Shown here: one piece after another, positions 34,092-44,127 of the stretch
Numbering within the stretch: the stretch's first letter is position 1
How the letters are laid out: each line of letters begins with the position of its first letter
Assembly (NCBI GenBank): GCA_963738925.1
Contig: CAVTYE010000001.1
Location: 192,609-256,608, forward strand
Source: an uncultured Chloroflexia bacterium
GTDB taxonomy: Bacteria; Chloroflexota; Dehalococcoidia; SM23-28-2; RBG-16-64-32
DNA: 64,000 nucleotides
Reading direction: 5' to 3'
Position numbers and translations under genes: made by a program
Notes under the pieces: generated by a model
What the model was told of the DNA's origin: nothing
The model's input: only the letters and a program-made list of their open reading frames with translations
The model's database searches: none

Positions 34092-35066
34092 TCAGGCCGC
34101 TTTGACCTTCTTCACTTCTTCGATGAAGGCCGGGAAGAACTCTTTCCAGTCCGTGACCACCGCCCAGCGGGAAGCCTTGAAGATCGGCGCGTCGGCGTCC
34201 TTGTTGATCGAGGCGATGTTCTTGACCGAGGAGATGCCGGCCATGTGCTGGCTGGCCCCCGAGATGCCGACGGCGATGTAGAGGTCCGGAGTCACGACTT
34301 TGCCGGTCAGGCCGACCTGCCAGGCCACGGGACACCAGCCCAGGTCGGCGACGGCACGGCTCGCGCCGACCGCTCCACCCAGCAGTCCGGCCAGGTCCTC
34401 CAGCGGCTTGAAGCCCTCCGGCCCGCCCAGGCCGCGGCCGCCGCTAACGACGACCTTGGCGTCTTCCAGGCGGATGCCCTCGGCCTTCTCCTTGCGCCGG
34501 TCGGTGATCTTCGTGCGCAGCGATCCGGCGTCCACGCCGGCCGGCTGCTTCACCACCTCGGCGCTGGACGCGCCCGCCGCGGCCGGCTCCAGCGCCTTGA
34601 CGCGGACGGTTGCCATCTGGGGCATCATGTTGATCGCGTAGCGGGCGCGCGCCGCGCCGCCGTAGCAGGGCCGCTCGGCGATCAGCTTGTCGCCGCTCAT
34701 CTCCAGGCCCGTGCAGTCCATGGCGACGGCGGTGCCCAGGCGCTGGGCCAATCGCGGGGCCAGGTCGCGGCCGACCATCGTCTGGCCGAAGAGGATGATC
34801 GCCGGGTCGACCTCCCTGGCGATGCGCTCGGCGGCCGGCAGCCAGGCGTCGCCCAGGTACGGGGAAAGCACGGCGTCGTCGACGACGATCACTTTCTGCG
34901 CGCCGAACGATCCGGCCTCCGCGGCCAGCCCTTCAACGCCCGCGCCCAGCAGCGCCACTGTGATCGCTCCGCCCAGCCTGGCAGCGACGCCACAGAGCTC
35001 GGCCGTGACCGGGTGCAGCTTTCCGTCTTCGGTCGCCTCCGCGAAGATCAGTACTCCGTTAGCCAT
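34092..35066 (-). CDS. etfA: electron transfer flavoprotein alpha subunit
   Basis: 324 aa with [19 protein letters not shown]...[27 protein letters not shown]. Confidence 0.9.
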   Translation of the reverse strand: MANGVLIFAEATEDGKLHPVTAELCGVAARLGGAITVALLGAGVEGLAAEAGSFGAQKVIVVDDAVLSPYLGDAWLPAAERIAREVDPAIILFGQTMVGRDLAPRLAQRLGTAVAMDCTGLEMSGDKLIAERPCYGGAARARYAINMMPQMATVRVKALEPAAAGASSAEVVKQPAGVDAGSLRTKITDRRKEKAEGIRLEDAKVVVSGGRGLGGPEGFKPLEDLAGLLGGAVGASRAVADLGWCPVAWQVGLTGKVVTPDLYIAVGISGASQHMAGISSVKNIASINKDADAPIFKASRWAVVTDWKEFFPAFIEEVKKVKAA

Positions 35067-35108
35067 TTGTGTTCTCCTTCGTCAATCAGTTGTGGGGTGA
35101 GGCCAGAG

Positions 35109-35900
35109 CTAGATCAGCTTCGCCTCGTGCAGGCGCTGGGCCAGCTTCTGGGCCTTCTCCTGCGGCGTGTCGCCCTCGATCACCTCGGTCTCCACCTTCG
35201 TCTCGGGGACGAAGAGCGCTTCCAGGGTGACGCGCGCGGCCGGGGCGCTGATGCCGAGATCGGCCAGTGTCCAGGGCTTCACTTCTTTCTTGGCGGCCTG
35301 CATGATCTGGCGCAGCTGCGGGTAACGCGGCTCGCCCAGCTCGTTGGAGACGGTGACGACGGCCGGAGCGGTCGCTTCCACAGTCTCGAACCCGTCCAGG
35401 AGCACGCGCTCCACGGTGACCTTGCCGCCATCCAACTTCACTTCCTTGGCGATCGTGACGACGGGAACGTTGAGGATCTCGGCGATCGTGGAGCCGACGA
35501 CGCCCATGTCCCAGTCGACGGCCTGGCGCCCGGCGATGACGAGGTCGAATGCGCCGAGCTTCTGGATCGCCGCGGCCAGCACCTCGGCGGTCACCCAGTG
35601 GTCGCCGTCGTTGATAGCCGGATCATTGATGTGCACGCCTTCGTCGGCGCCCATCGCTAGGCAGTGCTTGATGCTGTCGCGGAAGGAGTCGGGGCCCAGA
35701 CTCATGACGGTGATCGTCGTGTCGGGGCTCTTGTCCTTGATCCGCAGCGCCGCCTCGACGCCGATCGTGTCGAACTGGCTGCGCGTGGGCTGAATCCCGG
35801 GCGCCGGGATGACCTTTTTCGCGCTCTCGTCCACCTTGAACTGGGACGCGGGAGTCTCTGGGTCTGGCACCTGTTTGACCAGACAGACGATGTGGGGCAT
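35109..35900 (-). CDS. etfB: electron transfer flavoprotein beta subunit
   Basis: MPHIVCLVKQVPD...DLVIAGRQAVDWDMGVVG; an AGGAGG SD precedes the ATG. Confidence 0.9.
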   Translation of the reverse strand: MPHIVCLVKQVPDPETPASQFKVDESAKKVIPAPGIQPTRSQFDTIGVEAALRIKDKSPDTTITVMSLGPDSFRDSIKHCLAMGADEGVHINDPAINDGDHWVTAEVLAAAIQKLGAFDLVIAGRQAVDWDMGVVGSTIAEILNVPVVTIAKEVKLDGGKVTVERVLLDGFETVEATAPAVVTVSNELGEPRYPQLRQIMQAAKKEVKPWTLADLGISAPAARVTLEALFVPETKVETEVIEGDTPQEKAQKLAQRLHEAKLI

Positions 35901-35967
35901 ATGGGCCTCCTGCTGGTGGTTGTCTTAGCTGAGCGATAAGGGGGGCGTGCTCAAGCGTCTATTCGTA

Positions 35968-35983
35968 TGTGAAATTAATCACC
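35968..35983. promoter_or_regulatory. candidate Rex/CRP-type operator TGTGAaattaaTCACc upstream of etfBA
   Basis: One mismatch to TGTGA-N6-TCACA. It lies about 70 nt upstream of the etfB ATG, just downstream of a TATACT -10-like box on the minus strand. Confidence 0.35.
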
Positions 35984-36004
35984 GCGCCGTAGTATAGCAT
36001 CCGC

Positions 36005-37832
36005 TTAACTGGCGGCAACCGCGGCCGCTTCAGTGACGCCCAGCAGCGCGGCGACGGCATCGATCGCGGCGTCTTCGTCCCATGTCTCGCGCGGCAGCAG
36101 CGTGACCGGAACGCCGCCGCCCTCCATCTGAGCGATCTCCCGCTCCGCCTCCGACCCCACGATCAGCCCCGTCGCGCGGGAGGCCACCTCTCCCAGCATG
36201 AAGATAGCCTCGCGGCGCTGCGTCTCGGCATCGCGCAGCAGCAGGCCGCTCTCCGGCGATGGGTAGCGCCTGGCCCAGTGCAGCAGCTCTTCCGGCGTCT
36301 CGGCCTTGTCGCCGTAGTAGCCGCGGTACATCGGCAGCAACCGGATGTCCCGCAGCCAGACCAGGCCGCGCTGGATGCGGACCGGCTCAAGCAGATAGGC
36401 GCACACTTCGCCGCCGAGCACGTACAGCACGGCGTCGTAGCCGGAAAGCTTGACCAGCGAGCGGAACTGGACGGGGTTCACGTAGCGCACGCGGTCGCTG
36501 TCCGTCGTGCCCTGCGTGCTCTCGACGACGACGTCGACGATAGCGCCAAAGCGACCGGCCAGCCGCTCAGCGATGCGGGTGACGAACGGCGATCCCGGAA
36601 CCCCGACCGGCCCGCAGACGGCGATCGACGGCGCGCGGCTGCGCTCTCGTGGCCGGGCGCGTTCCTGGGAGGCCAGCCACTCGTAGGCGTCCACTGTCGC
36701 CCGGGCGGTGCGGCTCCAGCTGAAGTCGCCCGCGCGGCGCAGGCTGTACTCCCGCAGCTCGCGCGCGAAACCAGGTTCGCTGAGCGCGTCGTTCATGCGA
36801 GCCGCGATCTCTTCCGCCTTGTCAGGGTCGAAGCGCGCCTCCGCCATCTCGACGATTTCAGACAGAGAAGAGCGGTCGGAGACGGCAACCGGCGCGCCAC
36901 AGGCCATAGCCTCCAGCACAGGCAGCCCGAAGCCTTCGTAAAACGAGGGGAAGACGGACAGCTCGCAGGCCTGGAAGAGGTCTCGCAGCGCCTCGTCCGT
37001 CACGAACCCGGGGAAGACGACCCTGCCGCCGATCCCGGACGATTTCGCCAGCGCCTGCAACTCCTCCTTGCGGGCGCCCGGTGTGCCGCCGGCGATGACC
37101 AGCTGGTGCGACCCGCGCACCGCCGCCGGCAACAGCGCGAAGGCGCGGATCAGCCCGTCGACGTTCTTGCGCGGGTCGGCGGCCCCGGATGCGTAAATGA
37201 CAAACGGGGACGTAATCTCCGGGTGCCGGGCTTTGATCTCGGCCAGGGACTCCTCGCGCGGGCTGGCTGGACGACTGGAAGACGGCGCTGGCCGCCTCGT
37301 ACGTTACCTTGATCCGCTCCGGGTCGATCCCCAGCAGGCGTACGGCGTCGTCCCGTGCCGACCCGGAGACGGCGACGACGAGATCGGCCTGCTGCACCAG
37401 CTTGAGTCGCGCCTGGTACCAGCCGTTCACCTCGGTCAGGTGAAGGTACGTTTCTGGATAGAGGATAGGAATCAGGTCGTGCAGGGTCACGGCCAGCCGC
37501 GCGCCGATCCGGGCCAGCGCCGGCGGGAAGAGGTACGAGGCCGGCTGCGGCGAGAACGGCGACATCACGTGGAAGATGCGGCACGCGTCCTCCGCGGCCA
37601 GCGGGCGGACGTCGTACGGCCACTGGCGGATCAACCCCAGCCCGGCGAAGTCCTCGACGCCGGCCGGCATCAGCAGCGACTCATCGAACTCCAACCCGGC
37701 CACGATCTCGCGGTGGTCCCGCACCAGCTGCAACGCCAGCTCGCGGACGTAGCGGCCCAGCCCGAACCAGCGGTACGGGTCCTGCCCCTGCAGGGCGTGC
37801 AGCCCCAGGTGGACGCGTAGCGGCGCGGTCAT
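36005..37832 (-). pseudogene. GT4-family glycosyltransferase with an extra C-terminal Rossmann-like half-domain; reading frame broken by a 1-nt indel near 37255-37280
   Basis: The upstream frame (36858..37832) reads sensibly to ...VTYEAASAVFQSSSQPA and then turns Arg-rich. The second frame continues REESLAEIKARHPEITSPFVIYASGAADPRKNVDGLIRAFALLPAAVRGSHQLVIAGG...FPSFYEGFGLPVLEAMACGAPV (ORF 36005..37132). Total length is 1828 nt, which is 3n+1. Confidence 0.75.
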
Positions 37833-37844
37833 CCGGCCACGGCC

Positions 37845-38720
37845 TTACTTGGCCCCGGCTTCGCCCCGCGTCAGGATCGCCATCTTGTACCCCGGCTCCG
37901 TGGCCATGATCCGCACCTGCCAGCCCCGGCTCTGCGCGTACGGAATCGCCGCCGTCCCCTTGCCCAGCTCATGCGGGCCGATCTGCTGCACATCGTCTAT
38001 CGCGACGACGCAGCCCGGCGTCATCCTGGCTTCGGCGGCCTGGAACTGGGTCAGCGTTTGTTCCGGCTCGTTGCCACCGTCCAGGTAGAGCAGGCAGATC
38101 GTATCGTTCAGCGCCGCTATCGCCTCTTCGCCCGGCGCCTGCACGAAGTTGGCACTGAGATCAACGGCGGCGAGCATCTTGCGCGCGGTCTCAAGATTGT
38201 CCTTCTCAGTATCGACTGAAACGAACGGCCGCCTGGCGTCGCGGCACCAGCGGGCGAAGTAGAGCGTGCTCGCGCCCTCCGTCGGCGATTCAAACGGGAT
38301 AGCGCATGCAGCCGATCTCGACGACGGCCGCGTCCGCGGGGGCGCTATGGCGTCCGCCTGCTGGAAGAGCTCCTCCAGCTCCTTGGTCTTGCGGTTCATC
38401 GGGCCCATCACTCCGCTGGCGTTGAGGTGTGTCCGCAGCAGCGAGACCTGCTCTTCCAGCGAGGCGACCCTGGCGTCCACGTGCGTGACCAGGTCCTGGA
38501 CCCCGGCCTCAAGCGTGGTCAGGCGCCGTAGCGTCAGGTCCAGCAGCTCGTGGGTGGGCGCCAGGAAGCCGTGGACGGACTGGTGGTGGAGCATGTCGAT
38601 GCGGTCAACGACGGCCTTGTTCTGGGCGTCGGTGCCGAGGATGCGGCGGAGAAGCCGCACCGGCGCGGCGACGAGCGAGCGAACCGGGTTGGCGCGCGGA
38701 TGGTCTTGCTGATCTGCCAT
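37845..38720 (-). CDS. class I SAM-dependent methyltransferase (Methyltransf_24-like) with a coiled-coil N-terminal extension
   Basis: Start set to ATG 38720 (MADQQDH...), 8 nt after the upstream stop. LYLDGGNEPEQTL...PGCVVAIDDV. Confidence 0.75.
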   Translation of the reverse strand: MADQQDHPRANPVRSLVAAPVRLLRRILGTDAQNKAVVDRIDMLHHQSVHGFLAPTHELLDLTLRRLTTLEAGVQDLVTHVDARVASLEEQVSLLRTHLNASGVMGPMNRKTKELEELFQQADAIAPPRTRPSSRSAACAIPFESPTEGASTLYFARWCRDARRPFVSVDTEKDNLETARKMLAAVDLSANFVQAPGEEAIAALNDTICLLYLDGGNEPEQTLTQFQAAEARMTPGCVVAIDDVQQIGPHELGKGTAAIPYAQSRGWQVRIMATEPGYKMAILTRGEAGAK

Positions 38721-38727
38721 GTTCAGT

Positions 38728-39696
38728 TCAAGCGGGCTTCTGGAGCGCCAGGTGGCAAGACGTCCAGAGGTACTCGCCGGTCTCCAGAACGATCTGGGGG
38801 AACGTGATCCACTGGGCCGGGCGCCCGGCGTTGTATTCAACGTAGAAGTCGTCCATCTCCTTCTGCGTCACAATCGTCTGCAGGGTCAGCGGCGAGACGG
38901 CGAAGCTGGGCTCGTCCACCGGCTGCAGCCCGGACGGCTCGATGATCAGGCGGCGGAACTCGTCGGCGCTGAACATCAGGACGCCGGGCAAACCCTTGCC
39001 TTCGCCCCGGACGCGGTACTCCGTGGAGAGCGTGAGGACGCCGCCGGGCTTGAGGACGCGGCCGATCTCGCGCGCCGCCATCGAGACGTCTTCCCAGTCG
39101 CCGAAGTGCTCGATAGAGCTGGATGAGTAGACAGCGTCGAAGCTGTTGTCTTCGTAGAGGAGCTTGCGGCCGTCCATGTGCTGGGCCACCAGGCGCTTCG
39201 GATTGCAGGGAATCAGCGAAAGCGATGCCGGGTCGACCAGCATCGCCGGCGGGGCATCGCCAGTCCAGCCGCTCTGCGAGTCCGCGTAGAGGTCGGTGGC
39301 GAACACGCGGCGGACAAAGTTCGTCAGGTAGAACGTCGTCGTCTCCACACCCGCGCCGACGCCGAGGATCTCCGCCTCCGGGCCCATCTTGCCGCAACGC
39401 TGCAGCGTCAACACCGCCATCGAGACTTCCCAGAGCTTGCGCTGCTCCTGCCCGACCGGCCAGGCGGGACCCAGCGCCTGTGTGAGGTGGGAGAAGACGG
39501 GGCGCATCACGTCCAGCAGCGTCAGGTTGCGGAAGTCCTCAACCTCGCAGACTTTGTTCAGGCGCAGCGGGGCGCGGTGCTCCGCGGGCAGGGGGAGAGC
39601 GGGAGCAGATGGCTGTGCGGGGAGTTCGGCGACTGTTCCCTTGCGGCCGAAGGGGAGCTTCACAACCGGCCTTCGCAGGGGGAAAGTGATCGGCAC
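38728..39696 (-). CDS. class I SAM-dependent methyltransferase (Methyltransf_11-like)
   Basis: EILGVGAGVETTTFYL, FDAVYSSSSIEHF and LKPGGVLTLSTEY. GTG start. Confidence 0.8.
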   Translation of the reverse strand: MPITFPLRRPVVKLPFGRKGTVAELPAQPSAPALPLPAEHRAPLRLNKVCEVEDFRNLTLLDVMRPVFSHLTQALGPAWPVGQEQRKLWEVSMAVLTLQRCGKMGPEAEILGVGAGVETTTFYLTNFVRRVFATDLYADSQSGWTGDAPPAMLVDPASLSLIPCNPKRLVAQHMDGRKLLYEDNSFDAVYSSSSIEHFGDWEDVSMAAREIGRVLKPGGVLTLSTEYRVRGEGKGLPGVLMFSADEFRRLIIEPSGLQPVDEPSFAVSPLTLQTIVTQKEMDDFYVEYNAGRPAQWITFPQIVLETGEYLWTSCHLALQKPA

Positions 39697-39730
39697 ATAT
39701 CTGTATTGGAGCGATTATACCCGACTGATG

Positions 39731-40702
39731 CTACGGCTCGCCGCGCCGAAGGAAGAGCATCGCGTCCGGGTGCACCAGGACCTCGGCGCGCGAGGCCGAC
39801 CGGATCGAACCATCGTACTCCACCAGCCGCAGCTTGAACCCGGCCTCGAGGATCGAATTGATCGACGCCTCCGGGTCGCAATTGGATAACCGGATGCGTT
39901 CGGCGTTGAACTCGCAGAGAAGGGTGATGGCCGGGTTGTCCGCCAGCGTCTTGCGCATCCCCTGCAGGACCACGGCCTCGCTGCCTTCGGTGTCGATCTT
40001 GACGAAATCGACCGCCTTGACCCGGGCGTCGGCCACGAAGTCGTCGAAGGCGATCGTCTCCACCTGCACCTCGTTCACCTCGTCCCGGATGTCGGTCGTG
40101 GCGCCGCCGCCGTGCCAGAGCGAGTTGCCGCCGAAGTGGACAGAGAAGCGGTAGAAAGTTGCGGTGCCCCGGCCGCTGGAGAGCGCCATTCGGTGGGCCT
40201 GGCAGATCGGCCGATAGCCGTTCATCTCCACGTTCTGGAAGAGCACCTCGTACGTCTCCGGGTCCGGTTCAAAGGCGAAGACGCGGCCCTCCCGGCCGAC
40301 CGAGTCACAGGCGATCAACGTGAAGTATCCGACGTTGGCCCCGGCATCGACGACGGTCATCCCGGGCCGCAGGCTATCGCGCATGACCTTTGTCACCCAG
40401 GACTCCCACTGCCCTTCGAAGGCGATGTGCGGGAAGAGGCTGCGGTCCCGTGAGTCCAGCACGATCTTGTGCCCGGAAGACATCCGCGTCAGCACCTTGT
40501 GGTTGCCCAGGTAGACCATCTGCCGCGGCTGCGCACCCTGGCGCAGCTGCTCGGCCAGCGCCTCCTGGCGGCGCAGGATCTCCTGCTGGTTGCGGATGAT
40601 GTCCCGGAAGTAGAGTCCGCTGGCCCGCTTGGCCAGGAAGTTCAGGCCGCGCTGCACCTGCGACGGAGACTTCGGGACATCGGAGCCGGGTTCATTTCCC
40701 AT
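39731..40702 (-). CDS. FkbM family methyltransferase
   Basis: VVDAGANVGYFTL...VFAFEPDPETYEVLFQNVEMNG...VDFVKIDTEGSEAVVLQGM. Confidence 0.85.
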   Translation of the reverse strand: MGNEPGSDVPKSPSQVQRGLNFLAKRASGLYFRDIIRNQQEILRRQEALAEQLRQGAQPRQMVYLGNHKVLTRMSSGHKIVLDSRDRSLFPHIAFEGQWESWVTKVMRDSLRPGMTVVDAGANVGYFTLIACDSVGREGRVFAFEPDPETYEVLFQNVEMNGYRPICQAHRMALSSGRGTATFYRFSVHFGGNSLWHGGGATTDIRDEVNEVQVETIAFDDFVADARVKAVDFVKIDTEGSEAVVLQGMRKTLADNPAITLLCEFNAERIRLSNCDPEASINSILEAGFKLRLVEYDGSIRSASRAEVLVHPDAMLFLRRGEP

Positions 40703-40770
40703 GGCGCCCGCTCATTCGCATGTTGCTGTGAGTATAGTCACCGCCCCACGGCCCGGCAACGCGCGCAAAC

Positions 40771-41520
40771 CTACGCCGAATACGGCCTCAGCGCCAGGAC
40801 GCCGCCTTCACCGCGCTCCAATAGTGGCGCCATCGACGAGGTGTCCAGCCCGCCGCAGTACGCAACGTCATCACCCAGGCCGGCGTCCACCAGCTCCTGC
40901 GCGTGGTAGGCCGACCGCACCGCCTCGCCGATCCGGGGCCGTGACACCACGAAGGCGTCTCGGGTGAATCGCGCGGCGTCTCCGGCGACCAGCGAAGCGT
41001 CCGCGGCCAGCGCAGCCTCGGCGATAGCGCCGGCCCCCAGCGCGTCCTCCAGCACGAACACCGACCCGCCGTACGCCGCCGAGCAGACGACGGTGATATC
41101 CAGCCCGCGCTCTCCAGCGATGCGCAGCGCCGCCCGGGCGACCGCGGTGCGGTTCAAGAGGCAGCCGACCAGCACAGCCGGCGCCTCGGCCGCCAGCGCC
41201 GCAAGCACGCGTGTCCCGTTTGACGTGGCCAGGACGGCGGACTTGCCCGCCAGCTCCAGGCGCGAGAACTCCACCGGCGAGTTGCCGTAGTCGAACCCCT
41301 GCGGCGGCAGTCCGTCCTCCTCGCCGCAGAGCAAGTAGCCGGGCAGCTTCTCGTGCAGCTTCCGCGCCTCAGTTGTGTCCTTCGCCGCGACAACAGCCTC
41401 GCAGCCGCGCTCCAGCAGCGTGACGATGCTGGACGATGCCCGCAGCACGTCCACAACGACGCAGACAGACGTTTTCGCCGCAAACCGCTGCCCCGGCAAA
41501 ATCGCCACGTCTATCCGCAT
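40771..41520 (-). CDS. comB: 2-phosphosulfolactate phosphatase family protein (ComB-like)
   Basis: 249 aa with VVDVLRASSSIVT...GEEDGLPPQGFDYGNSP...TSNGT, the ComB family pattern. Confidence 0.8.
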   Translation of the reverse strand: MRIDVAILPGQRFAAKTSVCVVVDVLRASSSIVTLLERGCEAVVAAKDTTEARKLHEKLPGYLLCGEEDGLPPQGFDYGNSPVEFSRLELAGKSAVLATSNGTRVLAALAAEAPAVLVGCLLNRTAVARAALRIAGERGLDITVVCSAAYGGSVFVLEDALGAGAIAEAALAADASLVAGDAARFTRDAFVVSRPRIGEAVRSAYHAQELVDAGLGDDVAYCGGLDTSSMAPLLERGEGGVLALRPYSA

Positions 41521-41530
41521 GCGCCCCTAC

Positions 41531-41558
41531 TCTTCACTATTCACCCTTCACCATTCAC
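41531..41558. repeat. four tandem heptads NNTTCAC (7-nt period) immediately upstream of the comB start
   Basis: tcTTCAC taTTCAC ccTTCAC caTTCAC at 41531-41558. On the coding (minus) strand this is GTGAA every 7 nt, ending 11 nt before the ATG. Confidence 0.6.
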
Positions 41559-41700
41559 TAATCAGTATCGCCCGCCCCTTCCCTCCGCAGCCTTCCTCTT
41601 ATATCATGCCGAAGAAGGCGGATTGGACACGTTAGATAACCCCGGCAAACGTCCCGAGCCCACTGCTCATCGGGCTTCCGGAGCAGGAGCGTTAACGTCC

Positions 41701-42510
41701 ATGTTCGTCGAAAAGCTGCGGGCCGCCCAACAGATCAACAACAGCTACCTCTGCATCGGCATCGATCCCGACATCGAGCTGATGGCCCACCCGCACCTGC
41801 CTTCTTTCTTCACGGACATCATCGAAGAGACGAAAGACCTCGTCTGCGCCTACAAGCCCAACCTCGCCTTCTTCGAGGCGCTGGGGATGAGCGGGATGCA
41901 GACGATGCTGGAGTCCCTGCGCGCGATCCCCAAGCACATCCCGATCATCGCCGACGCCAAGCGGGGCGACATCGGCAACACCGCGCGCTTCTACGCCAGG
42001 GCGCTCTTCGATGTCTACAAGTTCGATGCCTGCACCGTGAACGCCTACGGCGGCCGCGACGCCGTGGAGCCGTTCGCGGCCTACGCCGACCGCGGCGTCC
42101 TGGTCTGGTGCCGCAGCTCCAACCCCGGCGCCGCCGACGTGCAAGACCTGGAGCTGGCCGGCGGCAAACCGCTCTTCGAGGCCGTCGCCGAGCGCGCGCG
42201 GGACTGGAACGTAAACGGCAACGTCGGCCTGGTGGCGGGGGCTACCTGGCCCGAACAGATCGAGCGTGTGCGTGAGATCTGCCCGGACCAGGTGATCCTC
42301 GTGCCGGGCGTGGGGGCCCAGCAGGGAGCACTGGAAGCGGCCGTCCACGCGGCGATGGACGCCGAGGGCGGCGGCTTCCTGATCAACGCTTCCCGCGGCG
42401 TCACCTACGCTTCCCGCGGCGATGACTACGCGGCAGCCGCCCGCAAGGAAGCGCAACGCCTGCGCAATCGCATCAACGTGATGCGCGAGGCAGCACTGGC
42501 ACGAGGGTAG
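41701..42510 (+). CDS. pyrF: orotidine-5'-phosphate decarboxylase (type 2)
   Basis: Start set to ATG 41701 (MFVEKLRAAQQINNSYLCIGIDPD). IIADAKRGDIGNT and VPGVGAQ. Confidence 0.9.
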   Translation: MFVEKLRAAQQINNSYLCIGIDPDIELMAHPHLPSFFTDIIEETKDLVCAYKPNLAFFEALGMSGMQTMLESLRAIPKHIPIIADAKRGDIGNTARFYARALFDVYKFDACTVNAYGGRDAVEPFAAYADRGVLVWCRSSNPGAADVQDLELAGGKPLFEAVAERARDWNVNGNVGLVAGATWPEQIERVREICPDQVILVPGVGAQQGALEAAVHAAMDAEGGGFLINASRGVTYASRGDDYAAAARKEAQRLRNRINVMREAALARG

Positions 42511-42513
42511 CCA

Positions 42514-42726
42514 TTGGTAATAGAGGTCTTCCTGGGCGATGTCGTGCGCCTGCGGAAGCCACACGCCTGTGGGGGGTACGATTGGCAAGTCGTCCGGCTG
42601 GGGGCAGATATCGGCATCCGCTGCCTGGGCTGCCAGAGACGCGTGCTCCTGGAACGCAGCGTCTTCGAAAAGCGCGTGAAGACGTTCCTTTCCCGCGGGA
42701 CTCCGGAGGCCAGCCCTGAGGCCTGA
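42514..42726 (+). CDS. DUF951 family small protein
   Basis: 70 aa, TTG start. [35 protein letters not shown] matches the DUF951 pattern. Confidence 0.7.
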   Translation: MVIEVFLGDVVRLRKPHACGGYDWQVVRLGADIGIRCLGCQRRVLLERSVFEKRVKTFLSRGTPEASPEA

Positions 42727-42727
42727 C

Positions 42728-44074
42728 ATGATCTTCGACCAGCCCGACGTGCGGGAGGTCGTGCGGTCACGAGCCCTGCTGAGCGAAGGGCGGTTCTTCA
42801 GCCTCTGGCTGAGCCAGGGCCTGGCCCAGACGGCGCAGAACGCCCTGCTCTTCAGCCTGCTCGTGATCGTGCTGGGCATCACCAACTCCTCCGTCCACAC
42901 CAGCCTCCTGATCCTCAGCTTCATCCTGCCCTCGATCCCGCTGGGATTCGCCGTCGGCGTCATCCTGGACCGCGTGGACAAAGGCCCGGTCCTCGTCGGC
43001 ACCAACCTTCTACGCGCCGGGGCCTGCGTGCTCCTCTTCTTCTTCCACGCCAACGAGTGGGGCATCTACGCGATCAGCATGGGCATCGCCACGGCCAGCC
43101 TCTTCTTCAACCCGGCCGTCGTGGCGCTGGTGCCGTCCGTAGTCCGGCGCGACCGGCTGGTCCAGGCCAACAGCCTCTACAACTTCACGCTGACCGGCGC
43201 CCAGCTCCTGGGCATCGTCTTCCTGGCGCCGATAGTCCTCAAGAGCACCGGCGCCGACGGCATGTTCATCCTGGGCACAGCGATGTTCCTGCTGGCCGCA
43301 GTCGCCGCCGCCAACGTCTCCGTCACACATGAACGACCGGAGACCCGCCCTTCCCAGAAGGCAACGGTCGGCAGCATCCCGCTGGAGTTCCGCGAGAGCT
43401 GGCGCGCTCTAACCAGCGACCGCCGCTCCGTGATGGCCCTTTCGCAGCTGATCATCAGCAGCACGCTGGTCCTTCTCTTCGCGATCCTGATCCCCCGCTA
43501 CATGAAGGACGTGATCGACGTGCCGCCGGACAACGCCGCGCTGGTCTTCGCGCCGACGGGCGTCGGGGCGCTGGTGGGGCTGCGCTTCCTGCCCTGGTTC
43601 GCGCGCAAGAACAAGAACCGTGTCGTCGTCATCGGCCTGGCCGGGATCGCCGTCTGCCTCGTCCTCCTGGCCCTGGTCAAGCCGATCGCCGACGTCTGGG
43701 AGAGCGCGCCGAGCGCGCTGGACCCCAGCCACTTCCTCCGCGTATCGCTGTTGCAGGCGCTGGTGATGTGCTTCGCCGGGCCGATGGGCTTCTTCTACGC
43801 GCTGCTCAACGCCCCGGCCCAGACCGTGCTCCACGAACGCGCGCCGCCGGAGATGCGGGGCCGCATCTTCGCCACCCAGGTGGTCTCCGCCAACTTCATC
43901 TCACTGGTGCCGTTGCTCCTGATCGGGGCGATCACCGACATCCTCAACGTGACCGTCGTTTTGCTGCTTGTGGCCGCGATTGTCGGCGGTATGGCGGCCC
44001 TCAGCCGCTGGATGGAGGTGGAGGATGCGCCCGATACGGTGGAGGAGCGCATGGCGCAAGGCGTCGGCACTTAA
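42728..44074 (+). CDS. MFS transporter
   Basis: 448 aa, about 12 TM, with a LDRVDKGPVL loop motif after TM2. Confidence 0.85.
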   Translation: MIFDQPDVREVVRSRALLSEGRFFSLWLSQGLAQTAQNALLFSLLVIVLGITNSSVHTSLLILSFILPSIPLGFAVGVILDRVDKGPVLVGTNLLRAGACVLLFFFHANEWGIYAISMGIATASLFFNPAVVALVPSVVRRDRLVQANSLYNFTLTGAQLLGIVFLAPIVLKSTGADGMFILGTAMFLLAAVAAANVSVTHERPETRPSQKATVGSIPLEFRESWRALTSDRRSVMALSQLIISSTLVLLFAILIPRYMKDVIDVPPDNAALVFAPTGVGALVGLRFLPWFARKNKNRVVVIGLAGIAVCLVLLALVKPIADVWESAPSALDPSHFLRVSLLQALVMCFAGPMGFFYALLNAPAQTVLHERAPPEMRGRIFATQVVSANFISLVPLLLIGAITDILNVTVVLLLVAAIVGGMAALSRWMEVEDAPDTVEERMAQGVGT

Positions 44075-44127
44075 TTGACGCGCGTGAAATGCGGGCCGTA
44101 GACTCGAAGTGCTAGGAGGTGGGCGGC

